A DNA stretch of 64,000 nucleotides from Antedon mediterranea (taxonomy: Eukaryota; Animalia; Echinodermata): NCBI RefSeq assembly GCF_964355755.1, contig NC_092671.1:10230001-10294000 (forward strand). Direction: 5' to 3'. The notes under the pieces were generated by a model. The model made no database searches and was not told the origin of the DNA. It was given only the letters and a program-made list of their open reading frames with translations. Both the position numbers and the translations under genes were made by a program. Numbering within the stretch: the first letter of the stretch is position 1; each line of letters opens with the position of its first letter. Shown here one piece after another: positions 26,401 through 41,400 of this stretch.

Positions 26401-29400
26401 AATTTTACCAAATTTTAAACAATTTCGACTTAAAGATACGTCATACGAGCACGTCGAATTGGACAATTTGCGCGCGTTTTTTATGAAAAGGTTAAAAAAT
26501 TCGTTTAAAATATGACTTTTTTTAAACAGTCGTAATTTCTAAACTAGACGGTCAACTTTTTGTGGATGACATTTTCTGGAAGTAGATGAGTTGTAGATAT
26601 CGGATCAGGTAATAATATGGCTAACCGGACATTGTGACGTCATCGTATGGCCACGCGAATATAAAATTTAGGATTTTTGTATCTTTCGTCATAGCTCATC
26701 ACATTGAATAGAGCGCATCTCCACTTATCCGTTTTCCATTTTCACCCCGATTTTGATATTGTCTAGGTCAATCAACTATCTTTCGCATGAGTGAAAAATA
26801 TTTTAATTTTTATGACGTCATCATGCCTAAAAATTGAAATCACGTGTGGCATCAATTTCAACTTTACAGTAAATTTTAATCTGTTATAGCTCGTAAGAAT
26901 AAAATGTGATAATCACGATTAAAACTTTTTCTGGAAGCTATTGGATTGTAGATACGAAATTATGTTAAAATGTTGCCAATCGGATGTTGTGACGTCATCA
27001 TATGGCCAGTTAAATAAAAAAGGTCGTATTTTCATCTTTTGCGTCATAATTCATTACATTTAAAAGAGCGCGCATCAATATTTCACGTATTCAAATCTCT
27101 TCTACACGCTAATACGTTGTTGCTGAGATAATTTCCTTTCGGAATTGCTACCTTCGCGTTTCATTTTAAAACCGTCAACATGTTAAAAATTGCAATAAAT
27201 AGCGGGTCCCGTAATTTCACCTATTCTACACTGTATGTGATATGGATACAGATTAGACTGTGTATACTATATATGAATTTAAATAATAAAATTCAGCAAT
27301 AACAACATATCATATTCTTCAGTTCAGGTCATAATGCCAACGTGAACACTTCCTTTTGTCCTCAACCTATCCCCTTAATGTTAATGTTGCACCACTTGCG
27401 CGGCGGATAACCAAACTCGTCAAAGTGACGAGTTACATGTCTAGTTCAGAGTGTGTGTGTGGATGCCCTTGAACATGTTAATGAACCCTTGTACAGTGCT
27501 AATTGGTGAAAAGAAAGCCTTAAGAACTACCTCATAGCCAGATTCTTAGGATACCTATTACCAAGTAACAATACTGTTCATTAAAGTAACAAATATTTCA
27601 AGAAACCAATGAACATATGAATTCAATAAATGTATGCGAAACCTTCTTTAATAATTATAACATGCTCACACTAGTTATCTACAGTACACTATGGGATTAT
27701 ATACTGGTAAACTTTTATGATTTTGAATTAATGTATATATATTTCTATCTCTTCTTTGTTTTGGGGGTAATTTTGAATAAATTGAATTAAATTGTAATCC
27801 TTTTAATCCATCCGCATTTCAACTTTTCCTGAAATGTGGGAATCAGATTCCGGCAGCCATATTCATTTCTCTAGAATGAAGGAGAGTGAAGGAACCAATG
27901 ATGATGGTTATGTAACTTAACTCAAGGAAAATAGAAGTGATATAATTCAGATTCATTTTGTAACTTTGAAGTAATCCAAGAAATTAGAAACAAACTTCTG
28001 ATTTGATATAAAACTTCTAACTAATTTGTATCGTACAATTCTATTTACAATCATTTTGCTAATTTATTGGTGTGATTTGTCGTGAAATACTTTTAGTAAG
28101 TAAAGAACTTAAAGTAACCGACTCCCCAGATAGCCATACAATAACTCTTGCAATAAAATCAATAAATTATCGCTTCACAAGCATCACTTAATATCATTTC
28201 AAGTGTTGAATTCATTTTTGGCTTTAAAACTCCATAAATCACAACCTTAAATCCCAACAACACTGGGGAATTCACCAAGTATAATCAATTAACCATTCTA
28301 TTTCACCAAGTGTTTTCTGTAACTACATTCAGAAACATAAAAGCACTTAAGAAATTGATATACGCAATCAATTCTATAAAATCACATTTTGACTCAAAAG
28401 AATACAAATTTTAATCAATTTTGAGTCACAATCCGTCACAATATCCTAAGCTAGCTATATCCTATGGATACTTAAAGCATATAGTAATGTTGAAATGTCT
28501 GTACTTTTTAAGTGAACAACGGAAGTTGATTTTTCTACATACCTTATTTAACGATGTTTCTGTAACACAAAAGGAAGTATACCATGCCTGTTGGCTATCA
28601 GATATTAAATATTGTATCAAATATTTATATTACATGTAATTAAGTCATTAAAAAAACAACAGAGAAATTGGGGGCAACCAGATTGAAATGAGTTGGCCGT
28701 CAGCAAGAAACCTAGATACCTTTAGGCTAATACTTTAAGTGAATTTATGAATCATATTTATACATTTATACCTGCCGGTATATAAATTCTTGACAGGTAT
28801 ACATTATTTAATAACAGTTAAACATTTTATACAAATAACCAAAAGTCAAGAAGAAAATTGGGGGAAACAAGATGGAAATTAATTGGCTTTGAGCAAAAAA
28901 CCTTACAACTTATCACTCATTTTTCTAAAAGGACACTAATCATAGCAATGTTTGGTTAACGGCTAAAATCATTAGTACAGTAGATCTGTTCCCTTTCAAC
29001 GTTTAACATGTAAAATCTTCCCAGTCGAAAATAATTTCAATTTTTCTTACGCTAATATGCTTTCGGCATTGATAAACTCTTAAAAATCTGGCATGAATTT
29101 TAACAAGTCATTAAAATATTTTAAGCACTCTACCCTAGCTGGGCCTATATCAATTTCCAAGGACTTTCATGCATAATATTAATCATAATAATCGTAACTT
29201 GATAAACTTAACTCAATGTTTAGCACTGTTGACTCCTGATTGAAATTATGAAGTGTAAGGCCAACCTTTAACACGTTTAGGGTCAGGTATTATAATCCTT
29301 TTCATTTGTAACTGCCATAAAAAGATTAAGTGTTGCTTTAATACCATCAATATTGATCATTGATTTAATTTTACATAACATTGGTGGATACATGTACTAA

Positions 29401-32400
29401 CTGATCTCAGTAACTTTAACTTATTACAAGAATACTTACTAGCATTAAACTTATGCCACTTTCCTTTTATATTGTATATATACCGGGTATTGCTAAACCC
29501 CGCAAACCTCCAAAAAAACATAAATCACTTTTATGTTGGTTCGGTGGGGTTTGCTATGTTTTTTAGAGGTTTGCGGGGTTTAGCATAAAAAAATTAAATT
29601 TAAAATTTAAAGAAATTTAATACTTCTTTACATGAATATACCTAGTGGGTCGTACACTACATATTCAATCACTTTTATGTTGGTTCGATGGGGTTTGCTA
29701 TGTTTTTTTGGAGGTTTGCGGGGTTTGCAGGGTTTAGCAATAGCATGCGCTTTCATTTTTTGACATGCCATGTTTGCCAAAATATTGTTCTTTTATGAAT
29801 ATTAAGCCTAAATATCTAAAACCAAGAGATTATGAAGTATAAAAGATTTCTTTATATATAGAATTTTTAATTTTACAATTGCTAATTTATTTTTAGATTT
29901 TTAACCAATTTTCAAAATGTTTTTTATATGCCTATCATTATCAATTATACAAAACAAGTGTACAATTAAACAGGTAATAGAGACTAACTTGTAATAACTA
30001 ACTTGAATGCATTTGTAAACTAATTGAACATGTTTTACTCATGAGATTAAACAATCAATATGCATAGGATCACATATATTCACTGGAATCATCTACAAAC
30101 GTGTTTTCAGATAAATGTTTTATTAGTGTTAATGTCTTGCATGGCGTGGTGACAATTAAATATACATAACATCTACATACTTATAAATTAATCACAATCA
30201 GCTTGAGGGCTTATTGATGGTTCAATATTTACGTCTATGGCAAAGCATGTAGATTAGCTAACTTAACAGATAAGTAAGCATGTTCTTAGTAAATGCGTTG
30301 TTCTTATGAAGGCTTTTAATTTCTATGTTGAACTAGATTAACAATAACCTGTTGAGAGTATAAATAACAAACCATTCTCTTGTTGTAAATTTTCTATCTT
30401 ACACAATATCTTAGTTTCAGAGTCCATTAAGTGTTTCATGTCACGATGCCTTTTGCGATGACCCTGGTAGTCACACCCCTGGTGGTTACCAATTAATGTT
30501 ATATACTCCAGTACTATAGACCAAAACGGAACATTAGGCAATGTACTGCTATAACATCTTTAGTTTATAGGGTTTAGTTTAAGTATAAAAGCTTTATTTC
30601 AACATTTATAAGTTAACTTCCATGTTACTGTTTTGTTTTATAGGATGCTATATACTGTAATTAGGAACATTGACTTAATTCTTACTGTATCAAAACAGAC
30701 TAAGTATGTTCATCTTAAATCTACTTATGATATCATTTAATGAACTTACATGAATAGACATAATGTAGTCTTAAAATAAATAATTAATATTAATTAATTA
30801 CCGTTGCTATGAAGTATCCAAGGGCTTATATCAACGTGGATGACGACATCGTGAATGATTAATTCACGTACAAGATCATTATTTTTATGACATCTACTCT
30901 TAAAAATTTAAAATAAAAACTAAACTAAATGAAACAAAGTGACAAAAAGTAAGATAAAAAAGTGATGAAGATGAAGAAACTTATTCTGAATCCCAATTAT
31001 TAGAACTTGGCAAAGTTTATCCTATAGATTACAAGAGACATTGAATTACATATAGCTTTTACTGTCCCATATATAAAGTTACTAACAAATAAGTTACAAT
31101 TACATATAGTTTGTGTCCCATATGTAAAGTTATAAATTTAGTCAAGGGCGAAAAAAAAAAAAAAAATTAAACTTGGAAGTCCTGCAGGTTGTAACAAAGA
31201 GGGAGGTGATGAAATATTGTGAACGAACATGATTGTGATGTGTTACCACGGCAATTGTATTCATATAACCATTAGAGAGGGAATTTTTGTTTAAATCTTT
31301 TTATTGTTCAATATGTTGGGTAATAATTCACCAACATTTCTGTGCTTCCGTTGGAGTTTAAAGAACTCCCTCGTGCAGGCAACTGACATAGTTTCTTGCT
31401 GGTTTAAAAAAAAAAACTGTTAAAACAGTTGTTTTACAAATTCTTCAGAAAGTTTATTTAATATTACATAATAAAAATAGGTATGACATTTCTACTTAAG
31501 TAAAATGTATTGTTTGTGTGTAACTATTAGATGAGCCGAAACTCTTCACATCAATTTCTTGAAAAGTTGTGCTGTTGCATAAAATATTACAACTGAACAC
31601 TATATTATTTTATTCTTTGTAGAAAAGAAAAGCAAAATGTATTCAAGTAACTTTGAATGTTGCATATATTTTCAAAGAAGTAAGAAAAAACAAAGAAAGA
31701 AGATTAGAAAATGACATTAAACTTTATGCAAATTATGAGTCATAAAATCATCACGTAATAACAAAACTTTTTAAATGATTTCTGTGGAATGTGTTTTTAT
31801 GAACATTGGACACACGTGCAAAACACACATTACTTCCGCACGCTGGCTCATAAATTTTTACTCTTAGGCACTTTACTTTAATCTCTGTTTTTTTATATTA
31901 CAGAGTTCTAATAAGTTCTGTATTAGTGAATAAGTTAGTACAGATTTTAAAGTTCATTTAAACAACACAAACATATCAAATACTGTCGCTGTTACTATCA
32001 ATATCTGTATACGAGTTGAACCCAGCAATTGTGATTTCAAAGCAAGTTGTTTACCATCAGACCACTGTAATATTATGAATTTAGGAAGCATAAAAGGTCA
32101 TAATAAGAAAATAAAAATAATAAATACAGTAATAGAGTAGTTATATAATATTACAAGCAGGATGTGAAAGCGATTTCTACTAGACATGTTGACGCTGCTA
32201 TTGGGGTATTGGGGAAAGGGCAAATTTAAGAAAGTTAACATCCAAGAAATATTTCATGTCATGTCATTAACATCATTCACTCATTCTAGGAGGTATTCGC
32301 TAATTTGTTTTTTGTTGTCGTTTGTGTGCATGCACCTTCTTCAACAGGTCTGTCTATTCTATCAGCTTTTCCATTGAATCAAGAATGATTATGATTATAT

Positions 32401-35400
32401 ATGAACATAGATAATCTATTGAAAGTAATTATTAACAATACAAGATGAATTTGACAAAATAGATAAATTATTATTATTTATCTGGATAAATAGCATAGTT
32501 TTAAATTCTCATTCTCTCTCATTTCAAACTAGGCATCACCAGTTACCTCAAATCTACCTTCTGGATAACATCTACAATATTTTCTGGCTTATGAAAATGA
32601 AAACGTCGAGAATTCACACAACCTCCTCCCCTCTTTTTAAATTAAAAAAATAAAATACTTACAGTTATCGGCTTGATCTGGTACAAACTGTTCTGCTTCA
32701 TGGTCGCTGTATAAACCTAATAGAAAAAACAAATGCAACATTATACAATTTTGTATAAATAAATATAGTCAAAACATTCATTTTCGAATAACAAGCCTAT
32801 TTTACACATTATTGAATATCATGTTACAAAAACATCATAAATCATAAAAATGAGAAAAAGTTGGTTTATATATAACAAATGGGACAAACAGTGGCAGAAA
32901 TGGTTCATGATTTTAAATAAGTTACTTAATATTTTAGAATGTTATACTTATATTTAGAAATAAAATTATTAATTAAGGTTACTCTGTAGTTTATAACGTT
33001 TTATTAATATATATTGTATACAGAATATGTTGCTAATTTTCCGTGTACATCTTTATCACTTTGAAATTAACATATAATGTATAGTCAATATGTATAACAT
33101 GTTACAGTATGTTAATGTCATTAAAAATTACCAACCATACATATATATTAATGCAATATCTGTACAATACCATTCTAACCACTAATTAGCTAACAATAAT
33201 CATTAACACAATTTAGTTTTGAGCTAATTACACAAAAAACACTGTGCAAACTCATAGCCTAGGGAGGTCTATCTACCTATTACATAATTATTATTAATTC
33301 ATCATAATATCAGTTACAATTAATATTCACTCGGATGAACTTTCACAATAGGTTAAGAACGTCATGACATCACCCGATACAATCAACAACAATATAACTA
33401 TGACATCACCAATTCTGTTCAAACATTAATTTCCAAAACAGAATCCATTTTGTTTTGACACACAGTTCTGTTAAAATCCAATTAAAACATTTTCACGTGA
33501 ATAAACATTCCTAATACAAAATTATAAAAATATTAGCTTTGTTTTGTTTTTATATATTTAGGCAAATTTCCAAGGATAACCATGTATCTGAATTTATTCA
33601 CCATCTCTACATAAATATACAGTATAGTATAGGTTTAGTCCGGGACTGTATAACTGTCCTCTTTCAAGGATACCATTTTAAGATAGCCTTGACCTACATC
33701 ATCTTTCGATATCTGTCAGGATTTGAACCCAGCACCCTGTGATCGGTAGCCAACCATCATAACCACCAAGTTAATGACGTAACTAATTATGTTAATGAAC
33801 CTGTATGAAGCCACCAGCCAATACAACACTAATCAATACCCAACGATCATGTTTATAGATTTATTATTACCAATTTGACGAAGACAAAAGAAAAAGCGGA
33901 AGTCTTGGAGTGTGTTAAACTCCAATGAGTTTGCTCAAAGAATATTGTTCTTAGGAGGAAACAAGAAAATTTGTTTATTAGACTGTAATTTTGAATCGAT
34001 GCGACGGCACATGTATACTTCAAAACAACTACACTTTCTTAATATAATCAATAAAAACAGGAAATAGATTTAACTATAATGATTGTCATCCACCTGTTTC
34101 TTAATTAAACTTATCCAAAGCTTTTCCAATGGTAAACAATACGTATTCTTTGAGTACTTGCAAAAAAAAACTTACAAAACCATTTGCGTTACCATTTTAC
34201 CATTTACCTAATTCTAGTGAGTGAGTGGCCGAGCGATTAAGACAGTGGAACCGTAATCACGTAGCCATAACATCGGCAGGGGTTCGAGGCTCACTCACTC
34301 CATGGTTCTGGTGGTAGAACGAGTCTTCTCGGATAAGGACTATAAACCGTAGGTCCAGTGTACACAACTTGCTCGTATGCACTTTAAAGAACCTAGTACA
34401 TCTTTCGAGACGAGTAGGGGGTTACCCCGGTGTATTAGTACATCACAGCCACTGATCACCAACTGGGCCCTCTGGGAGATCAGTCTTTGACTGAAGAGGT
34501 CACCCAGTATAAAGATAAAACAAACAAACAAACCAAATTAATTCAGAGAGGCCAACCCAGTGGCTTGAACAGAGATTGTTCCCTCGCGAAAATCACTTTA
34601 TTTCTCGTGGCTAACATCACTGTAAATGTTGGTATCATCAAAGCATAGAATTACTAACTGTCTACAAGTAGTGGGTTTAGTGCAGTGGAATAAGTACAGT
34701 CAACTGTCCTATAGTAATACAGGACTTTTTTTTTGAAAACTAGACTTTTCTTGAAGGTTCAAAAACTCCTACATTATTTTGTACCATTAAAAAAACAATG
34801 AGAATATGAACATTGTGTAATTATGCCAGACCAAGACATCATCATGTCCATAAGTGGGCACACCACATAAAGTTTGATACGGTAGAAAGAGCTTTAGAGA
34901 TGATACGATAAAACAAATATTTTAATACTTTGTAAATTACTATATGATTATGTAAGACAATCTACCATATCAAGCTTCCATTCATTAATTATTAATCCCT
35001 GAAGACAATTATGATCAAATTAATTCAAAATTACACAGAATATTTAATCAAATTTATCTTTATTCTTACCAGTTGTAAATAAGCAATCAAGTTTTGTAAC
35101 CCTAAAATAGTTAGATCAAAAGAATTAACATAGTACGTTTCAACAAAACAATACTGTTGCAATCTTTGTTCTAAACAACTCCATATCAATATTCGCTTTT
35201 GAACAAAGTCCCAGATTAAATGTTATATAAATATTCAAGATTAAAAAAATGAATATCTAAACCCAGATTAATAAAAAAAAAATGATTATGATTGATAAGA
35301 AAATGAATCTACAAAATGCAAAGATAAGAGGATATAAGATTTTGGAGTATCTTTCTTTAATAGAAGGAGTGCCATGAACTATGAAGGGTCAACTACCAGA

Positions 35401-38400
35401 ATCATTCACCTGGATTAATCAAAAAAAGATAAAAAGATAAAAAAAATCTAACAGGGATATAGTTAACCAAAAACTTGGTGGTGGACCTTAAATATACAAT
35501 AATAAAGTAGGAAGTTAAACAAATTTCTCTGAAACGGTGGATGTGTGCCTAATGAAAATTAATTTTGGTGGTCGAACCAAGGCAATGTAACAACATTGAC
35601 GCTGAGCTCACCTTGCCAAGATAGGAACCCGTAACAGTCCTTTGATCTTATGTCTGGCTGCGACAAATACCAACAGTACTATATTATGCACTGATTTGGC
35701 GTGGTGCCTGTTTAGAGGACATGAAACTGACCATGTCGCAGACATAAATAAACCCTTTGATCTCCAGAGCTCAGCATCCTTGTTAGAACTTAGATAAAAA
35801 TTAGCCGAGGTGAAAATCACATTAAAAAACAATTTTTTTTAAAAGATCTTTATTGCGCATCACATCAGTGAACAACTGAAATAGAAATTTTCCTTTTCTT
35901 AACCATATTTCCGTTTAGAATAATTCAGAAAAAATGAACTTTACTAAAATGGAATGGCTTCTAAGCAAAAGGCAGCAAGCCATATAGGTTAAAACATGGA
36001 TAACAAGTACAAATCATTCTATCTAAACAGTACAAGGAAAATGAACGTAGAGAAGGTTAATACTTATTTATATTTTGCTCAGTATTTTTAGTTTTAAACT
36101 GAATAAATTATAATGCTTGTAGAGAGTTTAAATTCAATCCCTTTAATCGGTTATACGTCTTTTAAGAAGCATTACAAACATCCAACATGTAGGTCAAACA
36201 AAGATGCTAACATAGTCTTCAAAACAATAAAAATATATATCACATCTTTAGGATTAGTTGCCAGTAAAAATGCTTCATCTTCTTGCTTAAATCCATCAAA
36301 TTCCAAGGAATTTACAGACTTTAGACGCATTAGGATATAAATCCATTTCAAGCCTACAACGTATATTATTTTTACAATATTTTTATTCGATTTGAAATGC
36401 TCCCCGGAGGATGAGCAAAACAATGAAACTGACAATCTTAAATCTTATCCAAATCACATGGCATTGACAATTTACTATACCTTACAAAATCTATTACTTT
36501 CATCATTTAGTATCAAATTATCTGCATCAAATATGTCAAATTCAATTAATAAATGATTTAATGCATACAGAAAAACTGCTTTTGTTTTCATCATTTTCGC
36601 AAACTGTTGATGATTTAAATTTATGTTTTAATAATTAAATATGGCAACATGTGTGATATCCTAAATAGTGTTTTAAGAATTGCTAAGAAAACTGTCTTCA
36701 TTCATTTATTGTGTAATTTATTATTATATTATAAAAAAATATAATGTTACAAATGATGAATGATGTTATATATATATATAAATAATTGGAGGGGAGGGGA
36801 GGCAATGACAAAAGGAGAATTTTGAATATTCATTTTTTTGGAAACTATAATATCTCTTACAAAGTGTGTCACTTGTGTGTGTGTTTCCAAATAAAAATGT
36901 CCTATCTTTTTTAAAGTTTATAAATTTTGAAAGGAAATCAAAGATTATAACAAAACGAAGAGTTGTAACACTTTTTAGAATAGAAAGTATAACACAGAAT
37001 ACCAAGTTTCTAACAAAATATTTATTCTGACATATCAATAGCATATTACAATTTGAGGTATGGTGTCAATCGTTCAGGTAGATGAGATGAAATTCCAAAA
37101 GATGCTTTTACATTCAACCTTCTCTGTATTTTTGAGCAGTAATGCATTTAATCATCAATTGTACCTATGCAGTGGTGCATGGTTTGGTAGTGAATGGTTT
37201 CCTCATATTTGTCACCACCGAGTCTACACCATCAACAACCATGTTATCACAATCAACAGATTGTTTGTCCGCAAACTGATGAATTATTCATGAGATGGCA
37301 AAGAGGAAGCAATCTATTATCTGGCCATTGTTGCATTTGTTTGTCTTGTTTTGTTAAGTAGGCCAAAGTCTATCCTAAAGAAATTTGGTATTAGTACTTG
37401 TTAGTTATTCAAAACGGAAATAAGTTTGACATTCCACTAAAAATGTTTTTTTTCCTTTAAATTTTATTCCTAAAATTGACAATTGTCAATATTTTAGACC
37501 CTATAGTCTTTGTGAATTACACAAATCAACAGTGGTGTTGGTAGTGTGAGCTTACCTGGACAAACCAACAATAGCCTCTCTCTCTCTCTCTCCGACGAGT
37601 GGAATACATTACGAAAAGAAAATATTTAAGCACCAAAAATTAAAGTAGAAGTGTATGAGTTAAAATCTTGCTTGGAATACAGTTTTCTTTACACATTTTA
37701 TTTATGATTGTAGGACAGTTTAGAATTTCTATCAATAATTAAATAATAATAAATACTGATAGTAGTAAAAGTAAGTATTCATATTCTGTGATAATATACA
37801 CATGTTATCAGATTCTCTTATCAATAACTTCCTGTAATGTATGGCCACTGTTGACAGATAAAACAAAGATTTTGATACAATTGATTATGATGCAATACTT
37901 TACTGCATAACTAGCTATTTCATTATCTGCTATTTGTTTTAATAGTACTATCTATTACTATCAATACAGTACTGAATATTAATCATACCTTAAGCTCTGT
38001 CTACACTATCCAACTTTATGTGACAAAGAAATGTGATGTGCCCATGGACATGATGATGTCATGGTACTACCATATTTGTGCATATCCCTACTATATATGG
38101 GCAAATAATTAGGTCTATAGAATTATGATCACACGTGTTATCAGAAAGTGTAAAGTACATATATTTTCTTTAGTAAGTTACTGTTGGTATTTTATAAGCT
38201 AAAGAGAGAAAAGAATGGTGTAATCTCACATAAATGCCAGCAGAGGAGGGAGTTTTTGGTCATAATCAATTCAATTCAATTCTTTATTGCTGCAAATGCC
38301 ATAAAGGGCTAATATCCACTTAAACATACATCATACAAACATAATTATACATATTTACATTTAAAATTTAAACACATACATTTTAGTCATTACTACTGTA

Positions 38401-41400
38401 GTTAGTTGTTATTATTTTTAATTATTGTAATTATTGTTATTATGATTATTGTTATAGTTATTATAATAATTAATAAAATAAATCATGGTTTAAATAGTAA
38501 ACCTGAAGTATCATCAATACAATACTGTATGTAAGAGTCTATAAATAAACTAATCAGAGTTCATTAGATGTTCCTCAGAGATCATGGGACCTGATGCTGA
38601 CTTGATTCCATGGTTACATGAACACAAACATAGACATAGTGGTAACAGCAGCAGTTATCAATCCCAATATGATAGTAAAAAATCTAACCTATGATCTACA
38701 ACATAATAAAAGTATACAAATTAAGTAATGACTACAGTAAATAGTAATATATAAGTGTTCTGTGCGATTACTGTATGAAGTGTTTTAATGTAAAGCTCTG
38801 TCTACACTATCAAACTTTATGTGACAACAAAATGTGATGTGTCCATGTATATGGACATAATGATGTCATATCACTACCATATTTGAGCATTTCACTACCA
38901 TATTTAGGCACATCACACTTTTCTTGACAAACTAGTTTGATAGTGTAGACAGAGCTTAACAATAGGCTTGTCCCTAAAGTGCAGATTAAACAGCAAACTG
39001 CAGTTACTAATAATAAATAAGGATATATTTTGCAGGTGCACACGTGTTCTGTAAATACTATTTCTGTGGTTTAAAAAAAACTTTAGAACTTAGAAGTTGG
39101 ATATTTCCTGCATCAAAATAAAACCTTGGAAACAAGAAACCTTTTAAAATTTGTGATTTCTTTTTGTAGCTTTCAACTATCAATCTATCATTTGTATATA
39201 GTTTTGAAGTTTAATAGAGGGCATTGGCATATCAAGCAAAAGAAAAAGTCTGAACGTCAATCACTGTTGGCTTATCACACTCACGCAGACTTTTTAAATC
39301 TTCAATGTTTCATATTTTATTATTTATCATATTTACTGCATAATCTGGTTCAGAGTATTTCAATTCACCTTTAAAATATTAATATAACAAACGATAAAAA
39401 GCTTTTCGAAAAAATGTTGTAATGTACCAGTGTAGAAGATATTGCTTTTTGAACTACAATTCCTGAATGAACTTTAAAAGAGGAAACCAGAAACAGGATA
39501 ACCATTCAAAGGTTGCGGTTAAGGAAAGTAAAGGCTTCCTAACGGATATATCAAGATAAACTATCCTCAAACAAAATGATATGATTCTGTAGTAGATTTA
39601 AGGCGCTAAAATGGGTTTCTACAATTATTCCTGAATAATAATAACGTACAGTACTTATCCTTTATTAAACACTCATTGTATACTTTTTTTAAACAATTAT
39701 GCTCAATAGGCTAATTTTTACTATTTAACATATTTTTATTTAAGTTTGCTTCATAAGGCATTTATCGTATCTGTTTTCTGTTTCATACCTTTTTAAGTGG
39801 CAAATTGTGTTGCGTTTGGTCTTGATAAAAAAAAAATTTAAAAGTAAATAAAATGAATTGGTATCTCCAAGGTACCAAGAAAATGTAGAAATGTAAATAC
39901 CATGTGTAAATTTAAGAGAAAACTAAAATTGATAATTCAGTAGCGGTCCGGTTCTGCTTGGTCCAGATTAACAGAAAAACACGGCCGAACATTTTCCTTA
40001 AAATGATTAGGCTTAGCCATAATTCCTGATCAATCTGGATTAAGAAACATAGTTTTTGATTGAATTTTTTGCTATACCATTAAATGCGTATGTCTATATG
40101 TTACACTGCCAAATTTTAATTTAGAAATCTATGAATATACAAAACTACATTTAACTTTAAGTAAAAATATTCATAATGATTTAAATTTAATTAATCCAAA
40201 AAAGCCAAAATCAGATTAAAAATTCAAGATTTTGTATGGAGTAATATATAATAATAAAGAGGCTTTGATAATCTTTGCTCAAATTATGATTAAATACAGT
40301 ACATATACAAGTCACAGTGAAAAGTATATAAAAAGGATTACATAATTATTGTATAATACTGAAAATTTGCATTTTTCATCATGTTTAGTAAGATTTTAAG
40401 TTGATTGACTTCTAGTGTTATAATCTTGTCATAATTAATTCCTAAACTTTTCCATTTTTTCAATAATACAAAATTGTTTTAATTATAAGTAAAAATGATA
40501 TAACTTTCCCATTAGGTGATTACGAAACTAATTTGACAACAAAATAATAGGCTATGGATTGCTACAGTCCAGTTCAGTGCGATCAAGGCATAACTTTTGA
40601 GAAATCTTCATGTAAAAAAACCAGAAGGGATTCCATACCAAATAATAGGCTTTGGATTGTTAGAGTCCAGTCCAGTGCGATTAAGACATTAGATAACTTT
40701 TGAGAAATTATCAGGTAAAACAACCAGAAGGGATTCCATACCAAATAATAGGCTTTGGATTGTTAGAGTCCAGTCCAGTGCGATCAAGACATTAGATAAC
40801 TTTCGAGAAATTATCAGGTAAAACAACCAGAAGGGATTCCATACAAAATAATAGGCTTTGGATTGTTAGAGTCCAGTCCAGTGAGATCAAGACATTAGAT
40901 AACTTTTTGAGAAATCTTCAGGTAAAACAACCAGAACTTAGAAGGGATTCCATACAAAATAATAGGCTTTGGACTGCTACAAATTAAGTCCAGTGTAATC
41001 AAAACATTAGATAACTTCATGTATAAAATGACTCAATTTTATTTAGTGTACTGTAGGTTTACTAACAATACCATAACAATTATTAAATGTGTAAGGAATG
41101 TAAGCCTATTAGCTGTAGGATACACAATGACAATTACACTCATAAAGTAATTGTAACTAAAAATATTACAACAAAAAAACCAAACAGCTATATATAATAA
41201 TAATAATAATTGCGTTAAACTATGTAATAATTATACATTATTGTGTAAACATAATGATAAGAATGTATAAAATCCATTTATAATTGGTTGGATTATATTG
41301 TACATTAAATATCTAATGTTTTCAAGGTTATTATCATTCCATTAGTCACCTCAACCTAATGAAATGATCAATGAATTTTAACCATTGGTAAATTTTACTG

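Noticed and set aside
35590-36560. Cluster of short ORFs, possible decayed retroelement or gene
   Set aside because: No recognisable motif in the frames I translated; BLASTX would be needed.
37270-37300. Other CTGATGA hits (about 12388, 37276, 58612, 56283 minus) as hammerhead cores
   Set aside because: No stem II followed by GAAA.
38810-39043. ORFs overlapping MITE family A (also 2270-2452 and 59498-59683)
   Set aside because: Similar peptides recur only because the non-coding MITE recurs.
40540-41020. Regularly spaced repeats resembling a CRISPR array
   Set aside because: The whole ~102-bp unit repeats, so there are no unique spacers.
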